Source: Tubiluchus corallicola
Taxonomy: Eukaryota; Animalia; Priapulida
DNA length: 64,000 nt
Direction of reading: 5' to 3'
Assembly: GCA_030141605.1 (NCBI GenBank)
Contig: JAQGDQ010000063.1
Span: forward strand, 681,311-745,310
The first letter of the stretch is position 1. Every line of letters starts with the position of its first letter. The notes below the pieces were generated by a model that was not told where the DNA came from, ran no database searches, and was given only the letters and a program-made list of their open reading frames with translations. The position numbers and the translations under genes are program-made. Below, one piece after another: positions 13,121 to 28,100 of this stretch.

Positions 13121-13638
13121 TTAAGGTTTTATTTTATTGTAGTACCGTAACGGGTGTCTTTGACCTAAATCAGGACACCATGATGCTCGATTTAAACTGG
13201 GTCCTTGAGGAACTTTTTTCTTTCTCTTTTATTACTGTACCACTGTAATGAAACTAAGAACTGTTTGAGCACTGATTGATTTTTTTAACGCGGACTCGCC
13301 ATTCACGAAGCCGAGAACACACCCATGTTTTAGAGCCTTCAAGTTAACACCACCCAAAAAGCGGGGTTAGCGTTTAATCGGTTTATATGGAATATCGGAA
13401 TACACCATAATTTGAGTGTTCATACTGTACAAAAAATACACTATACGATAATCGATAATTATACGATTAAGATAATTTAAACACTAAACAAAAGTTTGAA
13501 TAATTTGTGCACATAACACATTTACGGATGGATAGTGTTCTGAATATCAGAACCTTTCCAAAGGAGAAATTTCTGATGGAATGAACCTAAGTTTTCCAAA
13601 CAAACAATTATGTTGCAATATGAAATAATACTGCTGGC

Positions 13639-14285
13639 TAAGGCCGAGAATAAAAATACTTCGGTTTCCTTCTAATCGCCCGGGTAATATAAAATTTTAT
13701 CGCACACCCGACTGGGAGTTTTATAATTGTTTTTGTACATTCTTAAACTTACTTGACGCAGTCATGTAAAAGCGTGTTTTTTTAGTTCAAAATGTAAAGC
13801 GCAAGAACTATTATAACATCATTCTTTCGGGGAACGCAGTCGCAGCCATTTTTCCACGCCTAACTCTTGGCTAGGGTTGCCATTTTGTATGATGCTCATT
13901 GTACTGGACACTAAAAAGTATCGAATTTTCTGCCAAATTGGTGTATTAACGGCCGAGCCGTGTTGCCGTTTATACCATAATTATCAGAACATACGTACGT
14001 TTAAGACACAAAAAAGAGACTATACAATAATCGATAATTATATGATAATTTAGTAACGTGAAACTAAAAAACAAAGTGTGAAAAAATGTGCATTGAAAAA
14101 ATATAAAACATTGCTAACCAGTGGGAAAATAAACAAAATCTGATTTCAACTGATCTGAAATATTCCACCATTCAGCTTTAAACATTCACAAAGCTTTAAA
14201 AGTGAAAGCAATTTTTTCCTCCCTCCTACTGACATCTTTTGAGCTGATGAGGTAAGACAGAAAGAATTTTTTTGTGACCGGCCTA
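13639..14285. mobile_element. Dispersed ~640-bp element, family A copy 2
   Basis: Similar to 3012-3642; termini taaggccg... / ...ccggcctaa. Confidence 0.75.
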
Positions 14286-14736
14286 AGTGTGTTTTCAACA
14301 TCACAGAAAATAGCTTGATAATTAATAAAAGAGAAAAGAAAGAGTTAGAAAAGCTTGGATGAAAAAAATAACTACAACGACGAATTGAAAGAACCTGATT
14401 TCAAAGGTTTAAATGTTGAGGTGTTTGACTATTTATTGCAAGAAATTCAGTTTAACTAATCAACGCCTACATAACACAGCTACAGCACTGTCGCATATTG
14501 TTTAGTTCTTTAATTTATTGTTTAGAAAGCAGTACAGCACAATCAGGATTTCCATTTTATTGTAAGCAAAATCAAAATCTTGTTTGTATTAGACTGTTTC
14601 TACCCTGCATGTTCCAGTATCAGCCAACTTGTAACAATGGTGATCGTTGTATATTTATAACACTTCGTCCACTTACTGGATTAAAAATGACAAAGATTAA
14701 CGTGCGAAATGAACAAGCAAGAGCGTGACGCTATTG

Positions 14737-15106
14737 CGGGGTTCTCACAGTCAGGGAAAATTGCTGAAAATACAGGCTATCCTGGAAAGTCAGGGAAAAA
14801 GATAATTTGGTAAAATGTCAGGGAAAATGATGAAAATGAGGCGAAAGATGTCAGGGGAAATTGGAAAGGGTTGCAAAAATAATAACAGTGATATTTTTCC
14901 AAATTTATTTTTCAGCGATTCAAGTAAAATGTTGTTATGGCAGGCTCCCAGTTTCTATTTCTGTTCTAAAAATAATGATTGGCTGACACGTTACATATCA
15001 GTATATGTATGAATGTTCATATGCAAAAATGTTTGATATGTATACAGGTAATACAATTTCTGCTCTTGGTCGCAGAAATTTATTTTAAAATTCTGTGGGA
15101 ACCCTG
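14737..15106. mobile_element. MITE with TIR and target-site duplication
   Basis: TIR cggggttctcacag / ctgtgggaaccctg, internal tcagggaaa repeats, flanked on both sides by ctattg. Confidence 0.7.
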
Positions 15107-15589
15107 CTATTGGCTGTTGATCCTGAGTTTTTGTTCGATGAATTTAAGACTGTTTGATGTCTTCAAACTTTGTTTGTCAAACAACAAGTTTGTCATTTTT
15201 GCTGTTTACACGATCAATCTAATTTGTCAAACTAAAACTGACAAACTTATTTGACGAAAACAACTGATGGCCTAAACAGCTCTTTACACCAGCAAATTAT
15301 AGTATTTACTAGCATTTTTACGAAATAAGTCTCTTGACACTCTTCCAAGGACTTCTAGAAGAGGGATTCATCACTCTTTGTACTGTAAATTTCAACTGCC
15401 AAGTCCTGCTATTATTGGGTTAAATCACGTTTTCCTTTTGTGTGGCTAAATGCACAATTTTTTATTTGTAAAAAATTCTTTATATAAATTTTGAGTAACA
15501 AGAAACTACTGACCCTGAGATGTTGGCAAACTCCTACAAAGTTTCAGTTCGTTTCTAAATTTAATTCTAGACATTTTATTACCACTGAC

Positions 15590-16249
15590 TTAAAGCACAA
15601 GAAAATCCTCCACTTACATAAAGCTTGAAAAACTTATCTTGAAATTTTATACAACATCCATGCTGCCTTTTTGTATATAAGGCTTGCATCTGCAGTTACG
15701 CTGTATAAACTAGTAAATTTAAATTCCCGCGATGACCATTAGACACAGCCATTTTCACAGTGGGTTATTTAAGACAAGTTTAGATAACACCGAGTATAAA
15801 GTATGAAAAGTAATCAGAGCATTCGTAGCGCACACATCACTAATTAAGTAAAATTTTAAATTACTGTATCTTGTCAAAAAGATTAAAAATATGTGTTTTA
15901 GTTAGTGAGTGGCTCACACTGGAGGTGAGTCAATGACATTTTACTAATTGGTGGAAGAATTTTAAATAATTAATATTTTTTTTAAGTTACATAAATTTTT
16001 CAAGCAGGTAAGCGAAATGCTAAGTATTGTAACTCTGCATGGAAAGTTTTTTTGGGACATAGTTGAACATTTCCTTTTTTCTCCGATTTACGTTATGCGT
16101 ATATACCACCAATATACCCTACATGACATCATGTAATGGCGTGGGCGGAACAGTATTGCGGGAGATTTAAAATGAAAACAAACAAAATATCCTTTCAACG
16201 CGAGTACGATATACACATAAAATTGCTATAAAGTAATGTACTTTTTTAA
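15590..16249. mobile_element. Dispersed ~650-bp element, family B copy 1 (TTAA-flanked)
   Basis: Close colinear match to 44240-44892, e.g. identical aatcagagcattcgtagcgcacacatcactaattaagtaaaattttaaattactgtatcttgtcaa. Confidence 0.8.
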
Positions 16250-19200
16250 GACATAAGTTGAGTTAAACATGCAATTTGGCTACAATTGACCAACAAAAGA
16301 TGTGTCATAGTCCTTAAAACTTAACAAAAAAATCAAATTATGCCTACTTTGTTTTGTGAAAACAGATATAATTTAATATTTGTAAGACGTGCAGCTTTGG
16401 TAAGGTTATTTTTCATTATTTCATTTTTCATTCAATGTTTATGTGTACAGTAGGGTATGGACCAATGAGTTTTGCAAGCCATAAAAGATATTTAGATAAT
16501 CTTAACACACTGACAAGATTGCGCTTGATTTGCACGCAATCAGTCTTTCAATGGCTAGTTTCGGACTTTCAGTTCTGACTTAGGCATTTTAATAAATTTT
16601 GCGGTTATAAACCTGTAAGAAGTAGAAGAGCTAGATTGCAATCATTGTTTCATAGGTATTTTATCTTTACCAGTCACAATGTGTTTAGTTACTGTTGTAC
16701 TGTTTTGCATAGCCATTTTCAGTAACGCTTGTATACCCTTTTTGATAAATTTAATGTGTGCAAACCCCTTTGTAGGACAGATACACAAATGCCAGCACAT
16801 TTAGTTTTTCATTGCCCCTTAATAAGAACAGACCTGCAACAACAAATGAGAATTTAAAATACTGCTATCCAAACAAAAATGCTTGTTATGCACTTGTGAA
16901 TGTTGTTAAAGATTTGATTACTAAAGGCGTTATAAATTAGATTGAAATGCAGTTTCATTATTTAATTAGAGCTATTTGCATGACGTTTGACTTATCTGCA
17001 TGTCTGCTGTCATCTGCATCTCACTGTCTGCATGTAATTTGTTCAGTATATTAATCATTCATTCACATTGTAAATTTGGGTGATTTTTTTAAATTACGTT
17101 TTGTTTTGTTATTTACATTATTTTGTTCAGATCTTTGCTTTAACTTTGTAGTGGCAATTTTAAATACGTAAATGTATATATTAGTAGAATTTTTTCTTAC
17201 AAAATATTTATTTATGTGCTCTCTCACTCTCTCTCTTTCTCCCTCTCTCCCTCCCACTACTTCTCCCTCCAATCCTAGCGATGCTAACCTGTCTGCTATA
17301 ATCATTATATTGGTATCACAAAGAAGAGGCAAAGTTTAATAATGATGGCATCCTAATAAAGGTTAAGCTCTAATAAACTCCTTTATTCCCGTGAGATTGC
17401 AGTTACTGATTGAGTAGATTTATCTGATTACCTCACCTGCCTCTACAGTGGATTTATTTCCACCGCCTGCAATTGTTGCGTCAGCATTGCATGACTCTTC
17501 GACATTTAATTTCGATAATGTGCAGCATGCATTTTGCCCTCTCGCAGGGCTTCATTAATGTTCACCTGTTAAGTACTAAGTGAAAGAAACCATTCTGCTG
17601 TCTAATAAAACTATTGGGATCTCACTACCTGTCTACCAGAAGTCACTAGTGATCAGATGTGCATCCATCCACTGCTTTCCACAGTAAACTCTAGTCTGTA
17701 TCTTTTCACCAGTTACATACAGTAGCTTCATTAAGCCAGGTTACCTGAATGCATTAGGTTGCTAGGTGCTATATTTTGCCAATGTATTAATGTATAGAGA
17801 TTTAGCTCTTTTTTATTTTACTACTCTCTTACGCTCATTCTTTTTTCTCTCTCGTTCCAGTTTGTTCACTCTCTCTTTCTCTCTCCCTCCGGTAATGATC
17901 ACCCATAAGAAGTTCAAAAAAACTTGAGCAAAATAAGCACACAAAGGTATGACCAAGAATGACCATTTTTCAAATGTTAATGTCATTGCCATGCACTTAC
18001 AGTATCACATTGAGTTCTGATTGAAACAATGATTATTTTCCAAGTTATATTGGTTACCCCAGCTTCTGATGACTCTATTGATTGCTCGTTGTAACTGATT
18101 GCGTTCATGATCGTAAAATGAGAGTACCGTTGAAAGCTGAAACTCCCAGGGTATCTAAAGAGTCTCATCAGCTGCCTGCAATGATGCTGAAGTAATCAAA
18201 TGTTAGAAATAGATGAACTTTCAAGGAGAAGACATTTATTAAAACATCTGCTGAACATCAGCCTGCGCTGACTTGATCACTGAAGGACAGGTTGCTTTGG
18301 AGTGCTAGTTTCTGTAGCATGTTCTCAGTGTTCATGACATTTGTATGAAATGTGAATTTGTTTTTGCACAGGTTCAGCATTTCGTTACATTTCGGTTAGT
18401 AAACAAGTGCTGTTTATTTTGACATATACGTTAAATGAATAGGGCACTAACATACATTGTTTTGTAAAGATTATAAGTAATGTTTAAGAAGCTTCCACAG
18501 AAAATGCTTTAGAGCCTTCTAAGACTGATTAATAGGCTCTCTACTTTGCAAGTTATATAATTTTTTAGCTTTTGTTGTCACTCAATTGGCCCATCAAACT
18601 TTAGTCTCGTCTTATACATTTATGATGCGACAATGGTGAAAGTATGTAAAAACTTGCGAACGTACTTAGAACTGCCAATAGTTTTGGATTAAAAACAACT
18701 CATTGTGCTTTTTCTTCCCAAAAACACACTAACTGTGTGCAACTAGATATTGCTCTGCCGTAAGGGTAACACTAACTGTGCAAAACAGTGCTCAGTAGAC
18801 GTTTCATTACTTTCTGTGGTTTTTCGGTTTTTGTACTTTAATGACTTTTGCCATTGTACAACTGTGGGAAAGTGGGAAGCTAATTTAGCCAAGGTGTATA
18901 AAATTTTGTTTTTTTTTCAGCTTAATTGTCAACTTAACTGGTGCTTGGCAAAGTCAGCAGGACGCTATCAGAATTTGTAAAGGAGCTTTCTTGTGTCATA
19001 TATAGTAAGTTTTGGTATTTATTTATTTATAAAATATATAAAGCTTAAAGTTTTTTGTACGAGTAGTTGGCTTAGAAGATTCATAGCACTGGTTTTGGTC
19101 AGTAGGTAGATTAGCCATTGGTGGGAAATTGACATGTCGCATTCGAGAACTTTCGACTGCCTCCAGTTATTTTTCTCATTAAAGGAGGTTGTTTGCACAC

Positions 19201-19332
19201 CTGAATATGTCAAAGATGTTTTTTCTGGTCCACTGTATACAGGATTACAACTGCAAAATTAGCGTGGGATCTGATCCTTTACATGGTAGGGCCCTGATTG
19301 GCAGGTGCCAGATTCTGGAGTGTGCCGAATTA

Positions 19333-19491
19333 CAGTGTTCCCTCACTACTTTGCGGTTCGTTTATCGCAGACTCCTATGTGTGTGTATGAGTATAATGTA
19401 TAACTACTACAATAGCGTCCCTACTTCGCGGAAATTCACTTTTCACGGGTGGGCCTGGAAAGGAATACCCGCGATAAGTGAGGGAACACTG
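19333..19491. mobile_element. Short Tigger/pogo-like MITE
   Basis: TA|cagtgttccctcact ... agtgagggaacactg|TA, perfect 15-bp TIR with TA TSD. Confidence 0.8.
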
Positions 19492-22400
19492 TATATTAAA
19501 AATGCCAACTGTGCAGTTTAGTCAGGTTCAAATGGATCTGCATAGCTCAGGTTTCACAGTTAACTGATAATAGATCTCAACTAGTGAACAGCTTTTCTGC
19601 ACATAAGCAGTCATGCAACCCATGTTTTGATGCCCAGTGAAACGACATAAGCAGACTGAACTGCATGATTAATGTACATCATTTATGAGTTCAGCAGCTG
19701 CACTGTGCATCGTACGTGTGTAACTAAGTAGCAGTCAGAGATAGGAGTAGCAAATATAGCGACTAAGTATAATTTATCATTAGTTCTGTTCAAGTACTGT
19801 GGTGATTGTATTTGTAGTGCATTTATATAATGTTTAAAGAAGTTTTGCCACTACTTTTGTCACCAAAATATCCATCTTGTTGTGGATTCAAGTCCTGGTG
19901 TAAACTACAGGAACCAAACCTCTCTCATTGTGTGGAAAAACCATGGTTTCTGAAAACCGTATTCGTGCACTCAATTGCCACCTTACCTGGTCATTATTTT
20001 ACATGAGAATTTCTACTGCTGTAATTAAGTTTGTCATCATCAACGAATAATCACCATACTATCAATGGCTTCCAAGTAGCCTTGAGCAGTGGCAGAGCTA
20101 TTGTAAACTAAGGAACCTGAGCTTCAGCGACTGTAAGTACTTTTTGCGTAAAGCCATGCGGAGGTATAAGTGACCCCTTACTAAGTGAAATGATGTAGAT
20201 ATATCTGCAACAGAAACTCTAGTGCAGTAGACACTCGTACACATTATCAATAGGTTGAAGGAGCAGAATAGTTCTGAGAATGCCCATTAAATCTTGAAGA
20301 GCTATAAATTTTACATTATTCGTCGCCGGAAGTTCATGTTGAATTTTATTAGGCTTTCCTGTTGATTAATCCATACCTATTCTAGGTCGTCCTTTGATGA
20401 GGCAAACTCGGCTTTGTCGATTTTCAGTTGTGGTTTTAGTAATCAATAATTTTCGTTGTGTACACATTCTAAGGGTGGCTGATTAATAAAAACCAAGGTT
20501 GTCCAAGGTGAACCGCTTAAGAGAGACAGGCTGTGAGTGCTTTGTTTTGTAATAAAGTAAGAACGACATTTCTGCATGGTCCATGTTCCACATTTTTGTG
20601 CTGCATCTGTGCCTCGATGCATGAACAAACATGAAAACATATTTTTGGCTTAGATTTTAATCAAATACTTCAGTCCCAAGCCGCACAAGATTAGTCCAAA
20701 TCGGTACACCTTTTATTACAACCATGTTTTATATAAGTTTAGTGCATTTTTAGCTTGTTGCTTACTAGCTTGGTTGACTGATATAATAGTTGTGAAGGTC
20801 AAATTGTTCAGAATCTACCTGTCCTTGTCTTTACATTATTTACGTTTGTAAAAAATACTTTTAAAACCACAAAATCTTTTACATTTTTGCTACTAAACTT
20901 CCTAAAATCTGAAAGTGTGCATTAGTTATTTAAAAGCTACAAGCAGGAGATACAGCTTAAATGTCATTAGCTAACTAAAAGCTTTTTACAGACTTTTCAA
21001 TCTGTAGGATGGGAATTGGTAGTTCTAATGCATTTTGTTGTTGGACTTTTGTGGTCGAAAACAATAACAAGTTATTAAAATGTTCTCGTAATTATTGATG
21101 AATATTACATTTTTACAATGATTATATTTACAATGAACATGAAACGAGAGTAATTAGTATGTGTTTACTAATAAAGATTTACTGGTCTATTATAAGAGAC
21201 TTACGTTTTAGTTCTACGTTTTAGTAAAAAGAAGAGAAATTCCAATATGACTAAATTACGACATAATTGCATTAAATGTGTACGTTAAGCCGGATACAGA
21301 AAAACTTTAGCAATACCTATTATACTGTCCCCATGGTCATCCTCGATAATGAGTAAAGGAACAACATAGCGATTGTCTGCGCTGTGTGACTCCTGGCTAG
21401 CTAGGCAATGTGGGACAGAAAAATTACTATACATATAGATCTATGAAAGAAGCCTGATTCAGCTAATTACATGGTCAGTTGGGCTGATTATACTATAGAC
21501 TTGAATGACAGGTGCATGGGTAATTGATTACGATGCAAATTTAAAATTCTGTTTACATTCAAGAACCAGTATGCAAGGGCAGATCCATGCAAACAGGTAA
21601 AAACACTTTAACTCGAGATATGCTATACTGGCGTAGTTCTCGACAACACCACTGCTGAGGCATGATCGACTTTTGTGTTGCACTTTTTATGATTAACATG
21701 AATCGTAAATGAATCGTCGTAATGCTCAGCTTTTGCGACTCGACTTTTTCGACACCATTAAATATGAATCGAGACTCATTGTCCTATAAACAATGATCTC
21801 CAATTCTTTGTGGGAAACGACATCATCAGAAGATTATAGCTCAGCAAGTAGGGAATGTTTTAGTCGGGCTGATATTAGTTCTAAGTGCATCTGGGTATTT
21901 TAGTATGTATATATATATATATATATATATATAGTCTTTATTTGCCATTAAAATACATTGATAATCACTGATAAAAACTTTACAGAGATGATGAATCAGT
22001 GTTAGTTAATAAAAACTTACACTGCTAAAGGCAAATGCGTCAGTGCAATCTAAACTACTGTGCAGTAATGGAAAGTAACGACGAATAAAATCAAACATAC
22101 TTACAATTATTCACAAAAAATGAATAAATTGTGATTTAATTAATATGGCCGTGGATATATAAATTCTGAATTAGTGTGTATGTTGTCGTACTGGTGTGAT
22201 GGTATTTCATATCTGGTTAGTATTACTGATTTTAATTTTGTTTTATATGCTGATAGGGACTTGATTTGGACAGTCTGGAAATCTGTGCACATTGGCACTT
22301 GTCAGGCTGTCAGTTAAGGTTCTGTCTCTTAATGCCTTCTCGGTAATTATCAGTAAGAACTCAACATTCATGCTCGTCTTCTCATTAAGTGCGCCTTAAG

Positions 22401-22863
22401 AGTTGTCAGACTTGTCTCAACTTTGCATTAACGTGTCCATTAGTAGTCCCATTCTGTTGAGTTCGTTAACGTTATGCATACAAGATGGCTTTTATACGAG
22501 GAGACCAAAGGGTTATTTGCTGTGCAAATATTGACAAGGCGAAAATTACATGTACTATTTCTAGATGAACATTCTGGCAACATGCAAGATACCATTGCTT
22601 AATGGTTTATTTGGGTTATCTGCATTTCATTATGTTGTAAACTAATACATTGCATTATTAATTTCCAAATAATGTTGAGCGGTTACATAAACTTATTGTA
22701 ATCAGTAAGTGATACAGTTATATATAAGCTTATATTGATAATCTTGTAGCGTATTTTGTATCATTCTGTTAATTATGTTTACCAAACAATGTTTGTAATG
22801 GTGTAATTGATGGTAATGTAAATAAAATTATTTTTTATTTCTTTATGTCTGATGTAGATATCC

Positions 22864-22940
22864 TGTGTGTGTGTTGTGTGTGTGTGTGTGCGTGCGTGTG
22901 CGTGTGCGTGCGTGCGTGCGTGTGCGTGTGTGTGTGTATG
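22864..22940. repeat. (TG)n/(TGCG)n microsatellite
   Basis: Direct reading. Confidence 0.9.
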
Positions 22941-25012
22941 TAAATATGTAATTTATGGCAGTAGATAATAATAAATCAATATCAATAGTGCTGCTAGATC
23001 TCACCTTTAATATGAACTGTGGACATTTGGGATACAGCCCTGAAGCTTTAAGGATTAATTAAGCTATTAGCCCTTGTGGTTTTTACGAAGCAGAAATGTT
23101 TGCTATATCTGCCATTGGGAAAGAGTTAACATATTGTGCACCTGAACCTTCAAATTCTAGTTCAAATTGAAAGCGCGTTACATTTTTTAAGAATAATATA
23201 TGTACTAGGACAGTCTAATCATCTGTCCCAGGGAGTGCCATCACTGATGTTTGTTATATCTCAGGCAGTTGGCAGTTGCAATGTTGATTGTCCAGTAAAT
23301 TATGCAACGTAGTCCATCAAATTAGTCAAAACGATCTCTTGATTTAATGCATGCATTCAATAAATTCCAGATTTAATGCACATGTAATCGCATTCACCGT
23401 ATGTTCCGGCGTTTGACTTAACATTTGCATTTCTCACAGTTTCCGTCTAAGTTGACAGCTTCACTAATGACAGTTTCTGTATTATAATCTGACTTAGTTC
23501 TGACAAGCTTGCGTGGTTGGTTTCCATTTTAATTTAACCAGGAGGGAAACAACACTTTTGTTCTGCTTATCGGTTTTATTGGTCTTGTTTTTCGTAAATA
23601 AATTTCGACTTTTTCTAAGTGAAACATCTCTCTTTTCTTTTGGTCAAAAAATGTTTTATACTTTCATCCTGTCTTTTGTATATCAGTCATTTAAAATTTA
23701 TTTATTTTAATGTCTGTTTTATGTGTTAATGATGGTTAGGCCGCAACTATTAAATTTCTTAATACAGATTTGGCCAAAAGCGGGAATTTGGAAAACTTGG
23801 GGCTTACCTCTAACTGAACTGCAGGCTTTCAAATTACAAAGACCCTGTTATAATTCTGCAGTGAATATTAATAATATGAATCAGTTGTAGTTTACTTCGA
23901 ATGACCATACTTTCATGATTAAATAAGATTCTGATGGTGTTGCACACACGTTCGTAAAACGTTTTTCTTTCAGAAATTGTGCTCATTTTATTTTCCTGGT
24001 TAATACTCTGATTAAGTTGATGTCTTTGACTTTGACTTTTTCTCGCATAAATAATAGTCCGGCTATAAATTCCTATTATGCTGACATTCCTGTCTAGAAT
24101 TAATTAAAAGAAACACGTTGCGTAAATTATTCACAACACGGGGAAGCAATTTACTTGTCCCATAAATTCAGCGCTAAGTAATTTTCATTGATTAACCTTA
24201 AACGAAGCATAGCCACTTGCCAGGTAGTGTTAGCGTGCCACTGTCAACAGTAACCATGATTTAATAATCAGCTACTAGTTTTCTAGTTACTAATCTCATT
24301 AATTTTATGACGCTTGATAGTGACCTTTGTAGCTGTTATCATTGACCTTGACACGAACCCTAAAAACATTTTTAACTATAGCCGTCTCCATCCCAGATCC
24401 ATCCGCATTATTGATTTTGTTTCCCGTGACCTAAATAGCCTTCTGGTTAATTGTAAGCACCTGCATGATTGACTTTGCTTCAACTGGCCTTTATGTTTAT
24501 TTCATAACTGCCTTATAGTGCTATTCTTGAGGCATTGACCCTGACATGCTCACATTGACTTTGGGTTACTGTTTACAATTTCACCACTTGATACGTCGAT
24601 CCTTTGAGTCCACAGAATGACCTCGTTTGCGAAATAATGACCGTACTCCTGGATGTGAACTGCTGGTGGAGATGACACTTGATTTTTACCTATGTTTTGC
24701 ATGAGGCCGGATGAGCTACTAAGATTATTCATTTAATTTTTTTGCATGGTATTGCACAAAAGTATTTATTGGTTTCCACATGGCATTCTTTAATTCATTA
24801 CTTTGTTTATGATTGGCATTATTTATTTATTTCAATGTGCTCATGTATTTTTTTATTGATTTTTTGCACGAATTTCATTAATTTCTGCATGTCTTGGTTA
24901 TTTTCACCTTTTTTATTCGTTATTTAATATTCACGTGCTAACTTTCCTTTCACTTGGCTAACTGCATGCTTGGTTTTTTAGTTTTAGCTTTTCTACTAAC
25001 ACTTGCACAAAA

Positions 25013-25189
25013 ATGGAGCAGCCCAAGTTCAAGACGACTCTCTACGAACCATCGAACCCATCCTGGCGTCAGACGTTCATCAAACGTTGCATGCTGCCAT
25101 GGCTGGTCGTCTTCTTCGGCATGTGGTTGGCAATTGCCACTGGAAATTTGATATATTACTTTGCTATTAAACCATACCGACGATACTAA
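25013..25189 (+). CDS. 58-aa single-TM microprotein, paralog 1 (family not recognised)
   Basis: MEQPKFKTTLYEPSNPSWRQTFIKRCMLPWLVVFFGMWLAIATGNLIYYFAIKPYRRY*; caaaaATG context; acceptor ttttag at 24987; 23/48 ungapped identity to ORF 32770-33006. Confidence 0.8.
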   Translation: MEQPKFKTTLYEPSNPSWRQTFIKRCMLPWLVVFFGMWLAIATGNLIYYFAIKPYRRY

Positions 25190-28100
25190 TGTCTGCCACG
25201 GTGACGAGCTGCATTGTGGGAATGATGCTAAACGCGGGAAGTGAAGCACAATAATTGTAATTTGTAATATAGAATATTGTTTTGAAGCGAATGTAGGCAT
25301 AAGTTTGCTTGAAAAAAATTGAAAGTTGTTTCCGTCCTCAAAAGATTATCACTGAACAATGATTACTGCTCGTTAATTATGTTCATGAATACGGTAAGTT
25401 ATCCTACAATACATTTTGTACATGTATTCATTATAAACATGGGTAAGTTGAATTTATCAGTTTGTTGTAGAAAATAGCTTAAATCAGTTGTATGCACAAA
25501 TTTTGCCACCTCACAAAATATCTATTACACTGTAATTTATTATCTTCCTGTTTTCATTGTATTTTAAACTTTATACAAATTGCCAAAATTCATGTTTTTG
25601 CTTAAATGAATAATGTACCAATTTCATTTAGACATATTTTTTGTTAGTTAATGAAGCTTTGTGAATCTTGAGATTGGGAAGTGTAACAAGCATTGATGAA
25701 CTGCAATCAAACCTCTTTATGACGCGCAGTTGACGTCATACTGAGTTTTGCATTATAACCAGGTTCATTAATACAAACATGTCAATGCAAATATAGACAT
25801 TTTGTTTTCTAAAAATATGGGCATTAAGTGAGGTTTGCATTATAAATTGGGGCGTTGTGACGAACTTTGACTGTAATTAATTCGATGGGCTGCAGACTCA
25901 TAAAATTTTGTGAGATTTAATTTGGAAGCTGCTACCATTTCAAATGGATAATTTAAAAACTCTATTTTGACATTTTCTAAAGCTAAAGCTTGGCCTGTTC
26001 ACATATATGTGATCGGCTTTCGCACAACCATTTTGAAGAAACTAGTTGTAATGGTAATGTCATTTGATATTTGGAAGTAGTTAAAAAGTACTAGCGAGTG
26101 AGTGTGACAGTAGAATTTCTGCAGCTGTTTAATTTGTCAAGAATTTTTGAATTAAATAATTTGTTTAATTTCAACTTGGAATCCAGTGGAGGAGGATCTT
26201 TTGTCTGCGAGTATGAACTTACAAAGATAATATGCTGGTTCACGTTTAATTTACGATGCTGTGAGCTCTTACACATGCCGCATTTAACAAATGCTGCTGC
26301 TTTTGTTCAAGATCAATCTGATAATGTTGATTGATTAGTTGCTTCTGTTCTGTTTCCAGGAAATTAGATTCCAGAGCTGGAAATTGAAATTTGCTACCTT
26401 CACTTCTTCACGTATTGATTACTAGGCATGTTTGATTAATGGTCACTGCCATTTAAGCTATTGTGCATGAATTCTTCTCTACAATATAGTGATTCATGAA
26501 CAGAATTTGTCATTTTCATATTCAATCATCGTTTAGTATTGAACAATTTTTGTAATTTTATTAAGCAGTGAAACAATTTTAAAAATAAGTATTGTATTTA
26601 CAAATTTAGAGCACTGTACATGTAGTTAAATATGGAATAAACACTAATTTTGTGTGCTATTATTTTACAAATTTAGCATACAAAACTGTTGGCTTGTATA
26701 CCTCGTAAACAAATTAGTTTATAGGTATAGTCTAAACATAAGGTATGAAAATCAGCATTCTGCTATTTTGTGTGATATGTAAAATGGATTTTGAGTAATT
26801 GAGTATACATTTGCATTTCGTAGAGGCTATAAAATGTTGTTGCACTCACTCATGTGTCTTTTAGATTTTAATGTTAAGATGACGTAGACATTTTAAACTT
26901 TAGCAAGTACTCTTTATTCTTTTAATTCTTGTTATTTCAAAATTTTATTAAAGAAATGAACTTTTTCTCAATTACGTGAAATATTTTTTGTTTTGCTTTG
27001 TGATATATTACAATGCCTTTTTGCTTTTGTTGATCTGTTAATACAAATCAGCAAAACGAATGACATTGGTTGAGCTGATGCCACATTACACTGTTCTTCA
27101 GCCTAGCTATTTATTTTTAATTCTTAATTTGGTTCTGAACACCTAAAAGACATTCAGGAAACGCAGTTTGGTTACTGTTTGTGAAATGGAATTATCTTTG
27201 AATTAGTTTTTTTGGAAACCAAAAAGTGGCTAGCTACCAAATTGTTATACATATATAGTTCTAATTGAATTGACTGAAGTCATGCATGTTGCTTCTTTTG
27301 ATTAGGCTTTCTATGGCCTATGAGACTGTCTATCTGTTAGGCGTGGGTCTTAAATCTCTGCGATGGTCAACTACACTTGCTTGTATGACATGCACTGTTT
27401 TCAAATACATATACTACAGTTGCTTGTGTATAATTGCTTGTATTTTCAATTTCTCTTTTGTCAAATGGAGTTTTTTTACTTTAAGTCATTACATTTAAAT
27501 AAGTTGAGCCATTTTAAACTCTCACAACTGGTCATCAACCATTAAAATTAAAACAGAATAATGATCACTAATGGCACACTTTATTCTGAGCATCATTTCA
27601 ATGTGCTGCTTCCGTATATCTGCTCTGTTAGTTCTGCTGAATCTTGAGAATGACAGCAAAAATGTTTTTCTTGCCTCTATGAATAGCAGCCTCTAAATTT
27701 GAATTTGCTATTGCTATATGCCACAGCTCATATATGAATCTAAACTGGGCTATCTCTTTGGCAATCAATATTTGGTCTCAGATTCAAAAATCGCGAGCAA
27801 TTCTCGTTGCATTCCATTGCGATTTTTCATTACATCGTGACATGCACATGATTTTATTGGGTACTAGTAAGAGTGTTTTTGTCTCGTAATAAGTGTGTCG
27901 GTGACAAAAGTGTTTTGGTACTTCTTAATATATTCCATTCTTAAGTAAATCACTTTAAGATAATATAAAACACCATAATGCGTATGGCTATGAAATATAT
28001 CGTGTCCTGCAAAAAATTGAAGAAGCAAATTTGCAGAGTTCATTCCTCCATCCTCTGGATATTCTGTCAATCTAGTTGGGTAAAGCACGGTTGATGCTGA

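Noticed and set aside
20060-20132. Coding exon (QWLPSSLEQWQSYCKLRNLSFSD) before a gtaagt donor
   Set aside because: In-frame stop just upstream, no convincing acceptor, no compatible coding neighbours
20187-20280. Intronic C/D-box snoRNA (ATGATGT...CTGA)
   Set aside because: Imperfect C box, no terminal stem, no recognisable rRNA guide
24950-25300. 116-aa minus and 65-aa plus ORFs in the ORF track
   Set aside because: Shadow frames of the 58-aa ORF, which is the frame conserved with the paralog
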